DNA from: an uncultured Chloroflexia bacterium
Lineage (GTDB): Bacteria > Chloroflexota > Limnocylindria > Limnocylindrales > CSP1-4
Reading direction: 5' to 3'
Assembly (NCBI GenBank): GCA_963776355.1
Contig: CAVZLU010000008.1
Span: 1,218,679 to 1,282,678, forward strand
Length of the DNA: 64,000 bases
The notes beneath the pieces are model-generated. The model was given only the letters and a program-made list of their open reading frames with translations. It did not search any database and was not told where the DNA came from. Positions 1-9,468 of this stretch are shown in pieces. A program made the position numbers and the translations under genes. The first letter of the stretch is position 1. Every line of letters starts with the position of its first letter.

Positions 1-503
1 TGCCGCATGCCGCCGGACAGCTGGTGTGGGTACTCGCCGGCCCGGCGCTTGGCGTCCGGGATCCCGACCTGCCTGAGCATCTCGACCGCGTGCTCGCTCG
101 CCTGGCGCCGCGGGATGCCCTCGTGGAGGGAGATCGACTCCGCGATCTGGTCGCCGCACGTGTAGACGGGATTGAGCGACGTCATCGGCTCCTGGAAGAT
201 CATCGAGATCGCATTGCCCCGGATGTCGCGCATCTCCTCGTCGGACACGGCGAGCAGGTCGCGGCCGCCGAACCGGATCGTGCCTTCGACGACCCGGCCC
301 GGTCGCTCGATCAGGCGCATGACCGACAGGGCGGTGATCGACTTGCCGCACCCCGACTCGCCGACCACGCCCATCGTCCTGCCGTGGCTGATCTTGAAGC
401 TGACCCCGTCGACGGCCTTGACGACGCCGTCCTGGGTGAAGAAGTGTGTCCGCAGCCCCTCGAGGGCGAGGAGCTCTCCCCCTTCGGTCGCCCGATGGGC
501 CAT
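1..503 (-). CDS. Peptide/nickel ABC transporter ATP-binding protein (DppD/OppD-like), partial; 3' end runs off the window
   Basis: Minus-strand translation from the ATG at ~503 gives [55 protein letters not shown], including a Walker A motif. The start overlaps the stop of the upstream permease (ATGA). Confidence 0.85.
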   Translation of the reverse strand, partial: MAHRATEGGELLALEGLRTHFFTQDGVVKAVDGVSFKISHGRTMGVVGESGCGKSITALSVMRLIERPGRVVEGTIRFGGRDLLAVSDEEMRDIRGNAISMIFQEPMTSLNPVYTCGDQIAESISLHEGIPRRQASEHAVEMLRQVGIPDAKRRAGEYPHQLSGGMR

Positions 504-1429
504 CAGGTGGACTCGACGCGCTGCCGCGGGTCGAGGGCGTCGCGCAGTCCGTCGCCGAGGAAGCTGGCGGCGAGGACGACGAGGATCAGGACCACGCCCG
601 GGTACCAGGCCATGAGCGGCGCGCGGTAGAAGAAGTCCTGGGCATGGGTCAGCATGTTTCCGAGGCTCGCCTCGGGCGGCGCGATCCCGAACCCGAGGTA
701 GGACAGCGACGCCTCGATGATGACCGAATCGGCGATGCCCAGCGTGGCCGCGACGACCACCGGGGCCATGGAGCTCGGGATCATGTGGCGGGTGACGATT
801 CGGCGGTCGCCGGCGCCGAGGGCCTTGGCCGCCTGTACGAAGTCGGCTTCGCGAAGCGACAGGAACTCGGCCCTGACCAGCCGGCCGGCGGTCGTCCATC
901 CGGTGAGGCCGATGGCGAAGATGATGACCCAGACGTTGCCGGTGCCCCAGAAGGCGACGAGCATGAGGATCAGGAAGAAGGTCGGGATCGAGAGGACGAT
1001 GTCGACGATACGCATGAGCCCGTTGTCGACCCAGCCACCGAAGTAGCCCGCCATCGCCCCCACGGTCACGCCGATGAAGACGATCACCGTGACCGCCGCG
1101 AGGCCGATGAAGAGCGAGGTCTGGAGTCCCTTCATGAGGCGGGCGAAGGTGTTGATGCCGAGGTTGTCGTAGCCCAGCGGCGCCGACAGGGTCGGGGGAT
1201 GGTTGATCAGGGTGAGGTCGGTCCTGCTCCATGCGCCGCCGCTGATGAAGGGGACCACGAGCGAGGCAATGACGAGGATCGTCATCAGGAAGAAGGCGAT
1301 GACGGCCAGGCGGTGGCGGACAAAGCGCTGGCGGACGAGCTGCCAGTAGGTGCGGACCGGGGTGAGGTCGACCTCGTCGACGAGCGGGGCCGCGGCTCCG
1401 GGGAGGCGGGTGGTCTGCGTGCTCTCCAT
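503..1429 (-). CDS. ABC transporter permease (DppC/OppC family)
   Basis: 308 aa ORF with multiple TM segments and a binding-protein-dependent transport signature. It sits in an operon with another permease, an SBP and an ATPase. Confidence 0.9.
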   Translation of the reverse strand: MESTQTTRLPGAAAPLVDEVDLTPVRTYWQLVRQRFVRHRLAVIAFFLMTILVIASLVVPFISGGAWSRTDLTLINHPPTLSAPLGYDNLGINTFARLMKGLQTSLFIGLAAVTVIVFIGVTVGAMAGYFGGWVDNGLMRIVDIVLSIPTFFLILMLVAFWGTGNVWVIIFAIGLTGWTTAGRLVRAEFLSLREADFVQAAKALGAGDRRIVTRHMIPSSMAPVVVAATLGIADSVIIEASLSYLGFGIAPPEASLGNMLTHAQDFFYRAPLMAWYPGVVLILVVLAASFLGDGLRDALDPRQRVEST

Positions 1430-1439
1430 GATCGTGCCC

Positions 1440-2402
1440 CTAGTACTTGATTCGCGGGTCGACGACCGCGTAGAGGATGTCGGCGAACAGGTTGCCGAAG
1501 ATCACCAGCACGCCACCGATCATGGTGAAGGCGAGCACGACCGGGTAGTCGCGCTCGGTGACGGACGAGACGCCGAGGAAGCCGAGCCCGGGCCAGGAGA
1601 AGACGGCCTCCGTGATCGCCGCGCCGGCGAGGAGCGTCGGGATCGTCAGTCCCAGCAAGGTCACGATCGGGATCAGGGCGTTGCGCAGCGCGTGCTTGAA
1701 GATCACCCGCGAGGAGGCCAGTCCCTTGGCCTTGGCCGTCCGGATGTAGTCGGCGCGGAGGACCTCCAGCATCGAGGCCCGCATGTAGCGACTCCACCCG
1801 GCCACCCCGACGATGGTGAGCGTCAGCACGGGCAAGAACAGGTGCCACATGAGGTCGAGGGGGTCACCCTCGGCGCCGAACGAATGCATCCCGAAGAGCG
1901 GGAACAGGTCGAGCCGCTGGGCAAACACCTGGCGGAGGATGATGCCGAGCCAGAAGGTCGGCAGCGCGTAGCCGATCGTGGTGAGCACCGCGATGGTCTT
2001 GTCGGACTTGCTGTACTGCTTTACCGCGCCCAGGATCCCGACCGGGATCGCGATGACGACCGTCAGGATGAGGGCGGTCCCCATCAGCAGGAGGGTGGCG
2101 GGGATGCGCTCGAAGATCTTGTCGCGGACCGGCAGCCCGTCGGTGATGGAATAGCCCCACGCGATCGGGTTCCAGGGGAACGTCCAGAACTGGGTGAACC
2201 ACCTGTAGAACTGGACGGGCAGCGGCTGATCGAGCCCGTACACGCGGCGGAGGTTCTCGATGACCTCTGGGGACACCTTGTTCGAGCGGAAGCGGTCGAA
2301 TGGGTCGCCCGGCGCCGTGTAGACGATGAGGAAGGTGATGACGCTGATCCCGATGATGATCGGGATCGCCTGGATCAACCGGCGTATGACGTAACGCGCC
2401 AT
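1440..2402 (-). CDS. ABC transporter permease (DppB/OppB family)
   Basis: 320 aa ORF with a typical OppB N-terminus (MARYVIRRLIQAIPIIIGISVITFLIVY) and TM-rich sequence. Confidence 0.9.
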   Translation of the reverse strand: MARYVIRRLIQAIPIIIGISVITFLIVYTAPGDPFDRFRSNKVSPEVIENLRRVYGLDQPLPVQFYRWFTQFWTFPWNPIAWGYSITDGLPVRDKIFERIPATLLLMGTALILTVVIAIPVGILGAVKQYSKSDKTIAVLTTIGYALPTFWLGIILRQVFAQRLDLFPLFGMHSFGAEGDPLDLMWHLFLPVLTLTIVGVAGWSRYMRASMLEVLRADYIRTAKAKGLASSRVIFKHALRNALIPIVTLLGLTIPTLLAGAAITEAVFSWPGLGFLGVSSVTERDYPVVLAFTMIGGVLVIFGNLFADILYAVVDPRIKY

Positions 2403-2560
2403 GCGGTCAGCCTCGATTCGACAGTGGGGACGCGCGACCGGGCTGCCGGCCGGCGGGACGTCGTGTCACTCGATCCTCGGCGGTTAGCGACCGGCCGGCG
2501 GCGGCACGAGGCCGCCGCCGGCCGAAGATACGGCTCAGTGGGACGCGCTGTCGGTCGGGC

Positions 2561-4558
2561 CTACTGGGCCGCGACGTTCCAGCTGTTGTTGTTCCAGTAG
2601 TAGAGCGGGCTCGTCAGGTCGATGCCGCTCGTGCTGGACGAGACTGTCTTGGTCATGCCGGCGTGGCCCAGGTCGGCCCACAGGAAGTAATACGGGTAGT
2701 CGTTGTGGGCGATGACCTGGAACTGCCCGTAGATGTCCTTGCGCCCGTTCTGGTCGAGCGTCGTCCGTCCATCCTCGAGGAGCTTGTCCGCCTGCGGGTT
2801 GCTCCAGCAGGGGAAGTTGTTCCCGTCGGGGGCCTCCTTGGTCGTGCACTTCGAGGAGTGGAAGATCGAGTAGTCGTCGGGGTCGATGGAGGTCGACCAG
2901 CCGCCGAGATAGGTGTCGAACTTGTTGGGATACGAGAGCAGCGGCAGGAGGACCGTCGCGAAGTCGGATTCCTTGACGTTGATCTCGATGCCGCACTTGG
3001 CCAGCTGGTCCTTGGCCAGGCTGCCGAAGGCTACGCGCTGTGGGCGCCCGGAGCGGACGAAGAGGTCCGTGCTGAGGCGCTTGCCGCCCTTGGCGTAGAT
3101 GCCGTCGCTGCCGAGCTTCCAGCCCGAGCTCTCGATCAGGGCCTTGGCGCCGGCGACGTCGAGGGTGTACTTCGGGACGTCCGGGTTGAACGCCCACGAG
3201 GCGGGCGGGGTGTTGGCGTAGACCGGGACGCCGTTGCCGTCGGTGGCCGCCTGGACCGTCGCGTCGTGGTCGATGCACATCGAGAACGCCTTGCGAAGGT
3301 TGATGTCGGTGTAGACGCGGTCCGAGCGCAGGTTGAACGCGATGAAGTAGTAGCCGAAGTCGGCATACTCGGCGATCTGCAGGTTGGGGTCGGCCTTGAG
3401 GGGCGCGAGGGCGTCCGAGGTGATCTCGGTCTGCCAGTTGATGTCGCCCTTCTGGAGGGCCGCGGAGGCCGCGGCGGCGTCCTTGATGATCGGGATGAAG
3501 ACCTTGGCCGGCCCGACCTTGGTGCCTTCGGCCCCGCCAAAGTAGTTCTCATTGCGGGCGAGCTCGACGCTCTGCGCCGTCGTGTACTTCACCATCTTGT
3601 AGGCGCCGGCACCGACGGGAGCCCGCTGGAAGTCGAGGATCCGGAACGATGCCGCGATCTGGTCGATGTCGGTCGCGGTGAGGGTCTTGTTGAGGTCGGT
3701 CAGGCGCGCGAACAGCTCGGTGCCGTAGGCGGTGTTGTCGAAGGTCCCGTCGGCCGCGGTGAACACGGACTTCTCCGGCAGGGCGACCCCGGCCTTGGTC
3801 AGCATCGCCTCCATCTCGGGCACGTAGGTCGCGTAGTCGCACGTGGCGGGCGGCTTGTCGGCCGTGCAGGCCTTGTCGGTGGTGGCGTCGTTGACCTTGG
3901 TGTAGAGGGCCGTCACGTCGGCCGGGTTGACCGCGCCGGTGGAGGCCTGCAGGCGGGCGAAGCTGTCGCGCACGGCCTTCTCGGGCACGATGTAGACCGC
4001 GAGGCCGGTCACGAGGAAGGGCGCGTACTTCTGCTTCAGCACGAAGACGAGGGTGCTGTCGTCGGTGGCCGTCACGGAGGCCACGTTGTCCTGGAGCGAG
4101 GAACAGCCGTCAGGGATGTACGTGCAGTTCTTGGAGAGGCCGAGCTGGTACGTGAAGACGACGTCGGACGCCTTCAGGTCGGTCCCGTCGGAGAACTTGA
4201 CCCCCGGCTTCAGCTTGACCGTCCAGGTCAGGCCGTCGGCCGAGGTGACCGGCTGGCCGTCGGCGACGTCCGGCGCCATCGCCAGCTTGTTGTCGGGAAT
4301 GTAGAGGCCTTCATACAGGAGACCGACGATCCAGCTCGTCGGCAGGTCCGTGTAGGCGTACGAGAAGTAGGTTGGCTCACCGTCCAGCGCGAACTTGAAG
4401 TCCGCGGAGGCGGCCGGAGCCGCGCTCGGAGCCGCGCTGGGAGCAGTGCTGCCCGCGGGCGTCGAGGGCGCCGGGGTGGGCGACGCCGAGCCTCCGCAGG
4501 CCGCAACGCCGATGGCGAGCGCCCCGAGCAGGCCGAGACTGCGCCGTCTCAAGCTCAT
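2561..4558 (-). CDS. ABC transporter substrate-binding lipoprotein, family 5 (peptide/nickel)
   Basis: Long ORF whose internal ATG at 4558 follows a GGAGGA RBS. The lipoprotein signal is MSLRRRSLGLLGALAIGVAAC. An Ala/Pro/Ser-rich linker is followed by an SBP_bac_5-like body. Confidence 0.9.
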   Translation of the reverse strand: MSLRRRSLGLLGALAIGVAACGGSASPTPAPSTPAGSTAPSAAPSAAPAASADFKFALDGEPTYFSYAYTDLPTSWIVGLLYEGLYIPDNKLAMAPDVADGQPVTSADGLTWTVKLKPGVKFSDGTDLKASDVVFTYQLGLSKNCTYIPDGCSSLQDNVASVTATDDSTLVFVLKQKYAPFLVTGLAVYIVPEKAVRDSFARLQASTGAVNPADVTALYTKVNDATTDKACTADKPPATCDYATYVPEMEAMLTKAGVALPEKSVFTAADGTFDNTAYGTELFARLTDLNKTLTATDIDQIAASFRILDFQRAPVGAGAYKMVKYTTAQSVELARNENYFGGAEGTKVGPAKVFIPIIKDAAAASAALQKGDINWQTEITSDALAPLKADPNLQIAEYADFGYYFIAFNLRSDRVYTDINLRKAFSMCIDHDATVQAATDGNGVPVYANTPPASWAFNPDVPKYTLDVAGAKALIESSGWKLGSDGIYAKGGKRLSTDLFVRSGRPQRVAFGSLAKDQLAKCGIEINVKESDFATVLLPLLSYPNKFDTYLGGWSTSIDPDDYSIFHSSKCTTKEAPDGNNFPCWSNPQADKLLEDGRTTLDQNGRKDIYGQFQVIAHNDYPYYFLWADLGHAGMTKTVSSSTSGIDLTSPLYYWNNNSWNVAAQ

Positions 4559-4674
4559 CGAGATCCTCCTGTGTCCGGGGCCGGCGCTCCTCCGCGCCGC
4601 GCCCTCCTTGCTGGATGCCACCCACTCTTGCCGCGCACGCGCGTGCTCAGGCAGGCGGCCCGCAGACTGCCGGG

Positions 4675-4704
4675 ATTATGGTCGCGGCCGTCAACGTGCG
4701 TCAA
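4675..4704 (-). promoter_or_regulatory. Candidate sigma70-type promoter for the ABC peptide transporter operon (-35 TTGACG, 18 nt spacer, -10 CATAAT on the minus strand)
   Basis: Read directly from the sequence. It lies ~120 nt upstream of the SBP start, and a perfect palindrome GCACGCGCGTGC (4635-4646) sits between the promoter and the RBS. Confidence 0.35.
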
Positions 4705-4772
4705 CTTGCGCCGGACGCCTCCGTGGCCGCCTCGGGCCGCCACGGAACCGGCTCGTCACGATCGCGTTCGGC

Positions 4773-5405
4773 TCACCTCCTGCCTGCCTGGCGCTGCTCG
4801 ATGACGTGGTCGGGGTCCGTGTTCCCGACGGCCGCGGGGGCGACGGCCGGATCGACCCAATGTGTCTGGCGCCCGCTCGAGAGGGGCAGGTCGGCGGTGA
4901 TCGGCGGCGGTGCCGTCCGGACGCCCCGGTACGGCAGGACGGCGGCGGGGACCGGCAGCAGGCCTTCATCCGCTGCCCGCTCGCGGCTCCGTTCGAACTC
5001 GATGGACGGGGAGAGCTCCGCTCGCGGGGCCTCGTTGTAGACGGCGCCCGAGCCGCCCCCGGCGAGCGCCGCCGGGCCGGCCAGGGCGATGCAGATCGCG
5101 ACCGCGGCCACGATGCCCGGCAGCCCGGAAAGGAGCCGCGAGGGCTCGCGGCGCGCGGCGGCCAGGCGCGGCCGCAGTCGCGCCCAGCCGTCGGGGGCGG
5201 GCTCGACCCGGCACGCCTCCTCGTGGAGGCGGCGCAGGGCGTGGAGGACGAGCGTCGTGGCCGCGAGGTCGCCCTCGCAGCCCCGACAGCGGTCGACGTG
5301 GTCGAGAGCCCGCCGCACGTCCGGGCCGCTGGCGTGGTGGACGGCGAACTCGATGATCGCCTCCTGGTGGGTCCGGCAGCCGCGGCGCTGGAAGAGGCCG
5401 ATCAC
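4773..5405 (-). CDS. Membrane-anchored anti-sigma factor (zinc-finger HxxxCxxC, RsrA/ZAS-like N-domain plus one TM)
   Basis: 210 aa with the motif HVDRCRGCEGD and then a hydrophobic segment, LLSGLPGIVAAVAICIALAGPAALAGG. Its start overlaps the stop of the sigma gene (ATGA). Confidence 0.7.
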   Translation of the reverse strand: MIGLFQRRGCRTHQEAIIEFAVHHASGPDVRRALDHVDRCRGCEGDLAATTLVLHALRRLHEEACRVEPAPDGWARLRPRLAAARREPSRLLSGLPGIVAAVAICIALAGPAALAGGGSGAVYNEAPRAELSPSIEFERSRERAADEGLLPVPAAVLPYRGVRTAPPPITADLPLSSGRQTHWVDPAVAPAAVGNTDPDHVIEQRQAGRR

Positions 5406-6070
5406 GGCTCCCGCTCCGTGGCGACGACCGCACCGGGGCCGGCGGGCTCGTAGGCCCCGCCGAAGCGACGGTCGTGCTCGAGGCGGGATCGCAGCGAGCG
5501 CAGGCCGAAGTGCAGGCGGGACTTCACGGTCCCGGGCCGGATGCCGAGGATGTCCGCGGTCTCGTTGATCGAACGCCCGTGGAGGTAGAAGACGACGATC
5601 ACCCCGCGGTGCTTTGGGGGAAGGGCCGCGATGCCGTCGCGCACGATCGCCCGCAGCTCCTCCCGCTCGGCGCTGTCGGCGGGACCGGCTTCCCGATCGC
5701 GCAGCAGGTGCGCCATCGCCTCGCTGATCGGCTCCCAGGGGAGGCGGCGGCGGCCGAGGCGCGAGTACGAGAAGTTGAGGGCCACCCGGTGAAGCCAGGG
5801 CAGCGGCGAGGCGTCGGGATGCAGGCGCCGCCGCCAGTCGTAGGCCTTGGCGAACGTGTCCTGGAGGACCTCTTCGGCGGCGTGGCGGTCACCCAGCACC
5901 GCGTATGCCGTCGCGTAGACGGGCCCGCGGTAGCGGGCGAAGAAGGCCTCGAAGGCGTCGAGGTCGTCGGCGCGGATCCGCCGCAGGAGGATTGCTTCTT
6001 CCGGGTCGAGCGGCCGGAGGGTGTGCTCGGTGCTGATCGCTGTGTCTCCTGGTGCGACGCAGGCGCTCAC
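5402..6070 (-). CDS. ECF (sigma-70 family) RNA polymerase sigma factor
   Basis: The C-terminal ~200 aa of the 363 aa ORF carry sigma region 2 (YRGPVYATAYAVLGDRHAAEEVLQDTFAKAYDW) and region 4 (INETADILGIRPGTVKSRLHFGLRSLR). The probable start is the GTG at 6070 after AAGGGG. The long low-complexity N-terminal extension is judged spurious. Confidence 0.8.
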   Translation of the reverse strand: MSACVAPGDTAISTEHTLRPLDPEEAILLRRIRADDLDAFEAFFARYRGPVYATAYAVLGDRHAAEEVLQDTFAKAYDWRRRLHPDASPLPWLHRVALNFSYSRLGRRRLPWEPISEAMAHLLRDREAGPADSAEREELRAIVRDGIAALPPKHRGVIVVFYLHGRSINETADILGIRPGTVKSRLHFGLRSLRSRLEHDRRFGGAYEPAGPGAVVATEREP

Positions 6071-6102
6071 GGGACGCCCCTTGTGGCCCTCCAACCAACC
6101 AG

Positions 6103-6129
6103 TACGCCGGGCGGGCCCAGGTGGTTCAC
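6103..6129 (-). promoter_or_regulatory. Candidate ECF-type promoter (TGAAC-N17-CGTA) upstream of the sigma factor gene
   Basis: Minus-strand motif GGTGAACC...(17 nt)...CGTA ends ~30 nt upstream of the GTG start. It resembles the GGAAC-N16/17-CGTT autoregulatory promoters of ECF sigma factors. Confidence 0.25.
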
Positions 6130-7610
6130 CCGCCCTCGTCGGGACGCCAGCGAAGGTTGGGCTGCCGGGCTGCCGTGGCCTCGTCGAGCCGGCGGACGGG
6201 CGCCTCGTGCGGGGCGCCCATGACGAGTCCGGGGTCTTCATGGGCCTCGTCCGCGATCTCGAGCATGGCGGCGACGAACGCGTCGAGCGTCTCGAGGCTC
6301 TCCGTCTCGGTGGGCTCGATGAGCATCGCCTCCTCCACGGTGAGGGGGAAGTAGATCGTGGGCGGGTGGAACCCCTTGTCGATGAGCCGCTTCGCGACGT
6401 CCAGCGTGCGCACGCCCGTCTCGGCCTTGAGGCGGGCCGCGCTGGCCACGAACTCGTGCATGCAGGGACGCTCGAAGGGGACGACATAGGCATCGGCCAG
6501 GCCGAGCTTCAGGTAGTTGGCGGCGAGGACGGCGTCCTCGCTCACCTCGCGCAGCCCGGCCGCGCCGTGGGCCCGGATGTAGGCGTATGCGCGCACGAGG
6601 ATCCCGACGTTGCCGACGAAGGAACGCATCCGCCCGATGCTGGTCGGGCGCTCCCCCACCCGCTCGAGCCGGAACGTACCGTCGTCGTCGCGCAGGACGA
6701 GCGGCTGCGGCAGGTAGGGGGCCAGGCTGGCCCGGACCCCGACGGGCCCGGCTCCGGGGCCGCCGCCGCCGTGGGGCGTGGAGAACGTCTTGTGGACGTT
6801 GAAGTGCATCACGTCGAAGCCCGCCGAGCCGGGCCGGAAGTGGCCGAGCATCGCGTTGAGATTGGCCCCGTCCATGTAGGCCAGGGCACCGGCCGCGTGG
6901 ACCATCTCGAGCAGGTCCACGACCCGGCTCTCGAAGAGCCCGAGCGTGGACGGGTTGGTGATCATGACCGCGGCCGTGGTGGGCCCGAGGGCAGCCCGGA
7001 ACGCCTCGAGATCCACGCCACCGTCCGCGGCCGAGGGGATGTTGACCGTGCGGAAGCCGGCCATCGACGCGGTGGCCGGGTTCGTGCCGTGGGCCGAATC
7101 GGGCACGAGCACGTCAGTGCGTGCGACGTCGCCGCGTGCCCGGTGGAAGGCGCGGACCATGAGGATGCCGGTGAGCTCGCCCTGCGCGCCGGCGGCCGGC
7201 TGCAGGGTGATCGCGTCCATCCCGCTGATCTCGGCGAGGTCCCGCTCCAGGCTCCACAGGAGCTCGAGCGTGCCCTGCGCGGTCTCGTCCGGGGCGAGCG
7301 GGTGCAGGCTCGCGAACCCGGGCAGCCGGGCCGCCCATTCGTTCACCTTCGGGTTGTACTTCATCGTGCACGAGCCGAGCGGGTAGAAGCCCGTGTCGAC
7401 GGACCAGTTGAGGTGGGAGAGGTTCACGTAGTGGCGGACGACCGTGGCCTCGTTCAGCTCCGGGAGGGCCGGCGGGAGGGCACGGCGCGCCGCCGGCGGC
7501 AGGCGATCGAGGGCCCCCTCGGGGGCGGCCGGGAGGCGCGTCGCGGCGCCGCGGCCCGGGCGCGAGAGCTCGAAGATCGTGGGCTGGAGCGGGTTCCCCG
7601 TGACGCTCAT
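6126..7610 (-). CDS. gcvPB: Glycine dehydrogenase (decarboxylating) subunit 2
   Basis: Internal start MSVTGNPLQPTIFELSRPGRG. PLP-dependent P-protein C-terminal half. The start overlaps the gcvPA stop (ATGA). Confidence 0.9.
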   Translation of the reverse strand: MSVTGNPLQPTIFELSRPGRGAATRLPAAPEGALDRLPPAARRALPPALPELNEATVVRHYVNLSHLNWSVDTGFYPLGSCTMKYNPKVNEWAARLPGFASLHPLAPDETAQGTLELLWSLERDLAEISGMDAITLQPAAGAQGELTGILMVRAFHRARGDVARTDVLVPDSAHGTNPATASMAGFRTVNIPSAADGGVDLEAFRAALGPTTAAVMITNPSTLGLFESRVVDLLEMVHAAGALAYMDGANLNAMLGHFRPGSAGFDVMHFNVHKTFSTPHGGGGPGAGPVGVRASLAPYLPQPLVLRDDDGTFRLERVGERPTSIGRMRSFVGNVGILVRAYAYIRAHGAAGLREVSEDAVLAANYLKLGLADAYVVPFERPCMHEFVASAARLKAETGVRTLDVAKRLIDKGFHPPTIYFPLTVEEAMLIEPTETESLETLDAFVAAMLEIADEAHEDPGLVMGAPHEAPVRRLDEATAARQPNLRWRPDEGG

Positions 7611-9010
7611 CGGAGGGCCTCCTCGGCCGGCATCACGGGTCGGGCAACCGGGACGAGCTCGGCCGCCAGCGCGGCCGCGAAGCGGGCGATGTCCGCCCTC
7701 GTCGTGACCTCCGTGGCGCACACGAGGAGGCCCTCGGCGAGGGTCGGGTCGCGCGGCTCGAGCTCGGCCAGGGGGATCCCGGCGAGGATTCCCCGGGCGA
7801 GCAGGCGGCGGTGGACCGCCACCGCGTCGGGGACGCGAACCGCGAACTCGTTCAGGTAGGGTCCAGCGTGGAGGCGCGGGGCGCCCGCCTCCGCGAGGGC
7901 CGCCTCGAGCTCCGCCGCCCGGGCCGCGCCGGTCGCGGCCACGTCGTGCAGGCCGCCCGGGCCCAGCGCGGCGAGGTAGATCGAGGCGGTGAGGGCGCAG
8001 AGGGCCTGGTTCGTGCAGATGTTGCTCGCCGCGCGCTCGCGACGGATGTCCTGCTCGCGCGCGCGCAGGGTCATGACGTAGGCCCGCTTGCCGTCGAGGT
8101 CAGCCGTCATCCCGATGAGGCGGCCGGGGATCTGCCGGACCAGGGCCTCACGGCAGGCGACGATGCCCAGGTACGGGCCCCCGTATTGCGGCGGCATGCC
8201 GAGGGGCTGGCCCTCGCCGGCGGCGATGTCGGCCCCGTACGCGGCCGGCGGGGCGAGCACCGCCAGCGAGACCGGCTCCACCACCGCGACGAAGAGCGCG
8301 CCGGCAGCATGGGCAAGGCGGCCGATCTCCTCCATCGGCTCGAGCAGGCCGAGAACGGAAGGCTGGGCCGCCACCACGCCCGCGACGGGGCGATCGGGGT
8401 CGGCCAGCATCCGCTCCAGGGCCGCGAGGTCCGTGGTGCCGGCGGCCGGGCCGTCGACCGCGAGCGGAACCTCGGCGAATGTCAGGTTCGCGCCGGCGAA
8501 GTAGGTCTCGAAGGTCTCGCGTCCGTGAGGATGGACGCCGCGCGACACCAGGACGTGCTCGCGGCGGGTGGCCCGGCAGGTCATGAGGGCCGCCTCTGCG
8601 GTCGCCGCCGACCCGTCGTAGTGCGATGCCGAGACCACGTCCATGCCGGTCAGCTCGGCCATGAGCGACTGGTACTCGTAGATCGTCTGCAGGGTGCCCT
8701 GGCTGATCTCGGGCTGGTACGGCGTATACGCGGTGTAGAACTCGCCGCGGAGCACGAGCTGGTCCACCACGGGCGGAAGGTGGTGGCGATAGATGCCGGC
8801 CCCAAGGAAGCTGGCGAGGTCCGTCCGGTTGCGGCTCGCGAGGTCCCGCAGGTGGCTCATCAGCTCGAGCTCGGTGAGGGCCGGGGCGAGGTCGAGCCCG
8901 CTGGCCCGCACCGACGGCGGGATGGCCTCGAAGAGCTCGTCGACGGATGCCAGCCCGAGCGCCTCGAGCATGCGTCCGCGCTCACCGGCGGTGTGCGGTC
9001 CGTACACCAT
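7607..9010 (-). CDS. gcvPA: Glycine dehydrogenase (decarboxylating) subunit 1
   Basis: Internal start MVYGPHTAGERGRMLEALGLASVDELFEAIP, typical of P-protein subunit 1. The start lies 1 nt after the gcvH stop. Confidence 0.9.
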   Translation of the reverse strand: MVYGPHTAGERGRMLEALGLASVDELFEAIPPSVRASGLDLAPALTELELMSHLRDLASRNRTDLASFLGAGIYRHHLPPVVDQLVLRGEFYTAYTPYQPEISQGTLQTIYEYQSLMAELTGMDVVSASHYDGSAATAEAALMTCRATRREHVLVSRGVHPHGRETFETYFAGANLTFAEVPLAVDGPAAGTTDLAALERMLADPDRPVAGVVAAQPSVLGLLEPMEEIGRLAHAAGALFVAVVEPVSLAVLAPPAAYGADIAAGEGQPLGMPPQYGGPYLGIVACREALVRQIPGRLIGMTADLDGKRAYVMTLRAREQDIRRERAASNICTNQALCALTASIYLAALGPGGLHDVAATGAARAAELEAALAEAGAPRLHAGPYLNEFAVRVPDAVAVHRRLLARGILAGIPLAELEPRDPTLAEGLLVCATEVTTRADIARFAAALAAELVPVARPVMPAEEALR

Positions 9011-9011
9011 C

Positions 9012-9392
9012 TCAGGCCTCCGCGACCAGTGCCTCGTAGGCGACCGGGTCCAGGAGCGCGTCGACCTGGGCCGGGTCGGCAAGCCGGATGCGGAGCATCC
9101 AGCCTGCCCCGTACGGGTCGGAGTTGACGACCTCCGGCGTCGCCAGGAGGGCGGCATTGGCCTCGATCACCTCGCCCCCGACCGGGGCGAAGAGGTCGCT
9201 CACCGCCTTGACCGACTCCACGACGCCGAAGGTCGCGAACTGCTCCACCGCCCGTCCGGGGTCGGGCAGCTCGACGAAGACGATGTCGCCGAGCTGGTCG
9301 GCGGCGTGGGCCGTGATCCCGATGGTGGCGGTGTCGCCGTCCACCCGGACCCACTCATGCTCCCTGGTGTAGCGCAGGTCGGCCGGGATCAT
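9012..9392 (-). CDS. gcvH: Glycine cleavage system H protein
   Basis: 126 aa with a lipoyl-attachment region ...[18 protein letters not shown]... Confidence 0.9.
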   Translation of the reverse strand: MIPADLRYTREHEWVRVDGDTATIGITAHAADQLGDIVFVELPDPGRAVEQFATFGVVESVKAVSDLFAPVGGEVIEANAALLATPEVVNSDPYGAGWMLRIRLADPAQVDALLDPVAYEALVAEA

Positions 9393-9468
9393 GCGGCGCT
9401 CCTCTCGTCACTGCCGACGCGTCCGCGCCGCCAGGCTGCGGGCCGGCCCGGGGCCGGCGGTGGTGCGG

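Noticed and set aside
4744-4768. Plus-strand GGAAC-N16-CGTT ECF-like promoter
   Set aside because: There is no plus-strand gene downstream for >7 kb, so it would only make antisense RNA. It is mentioned within the ECF finding but not called as a feature.
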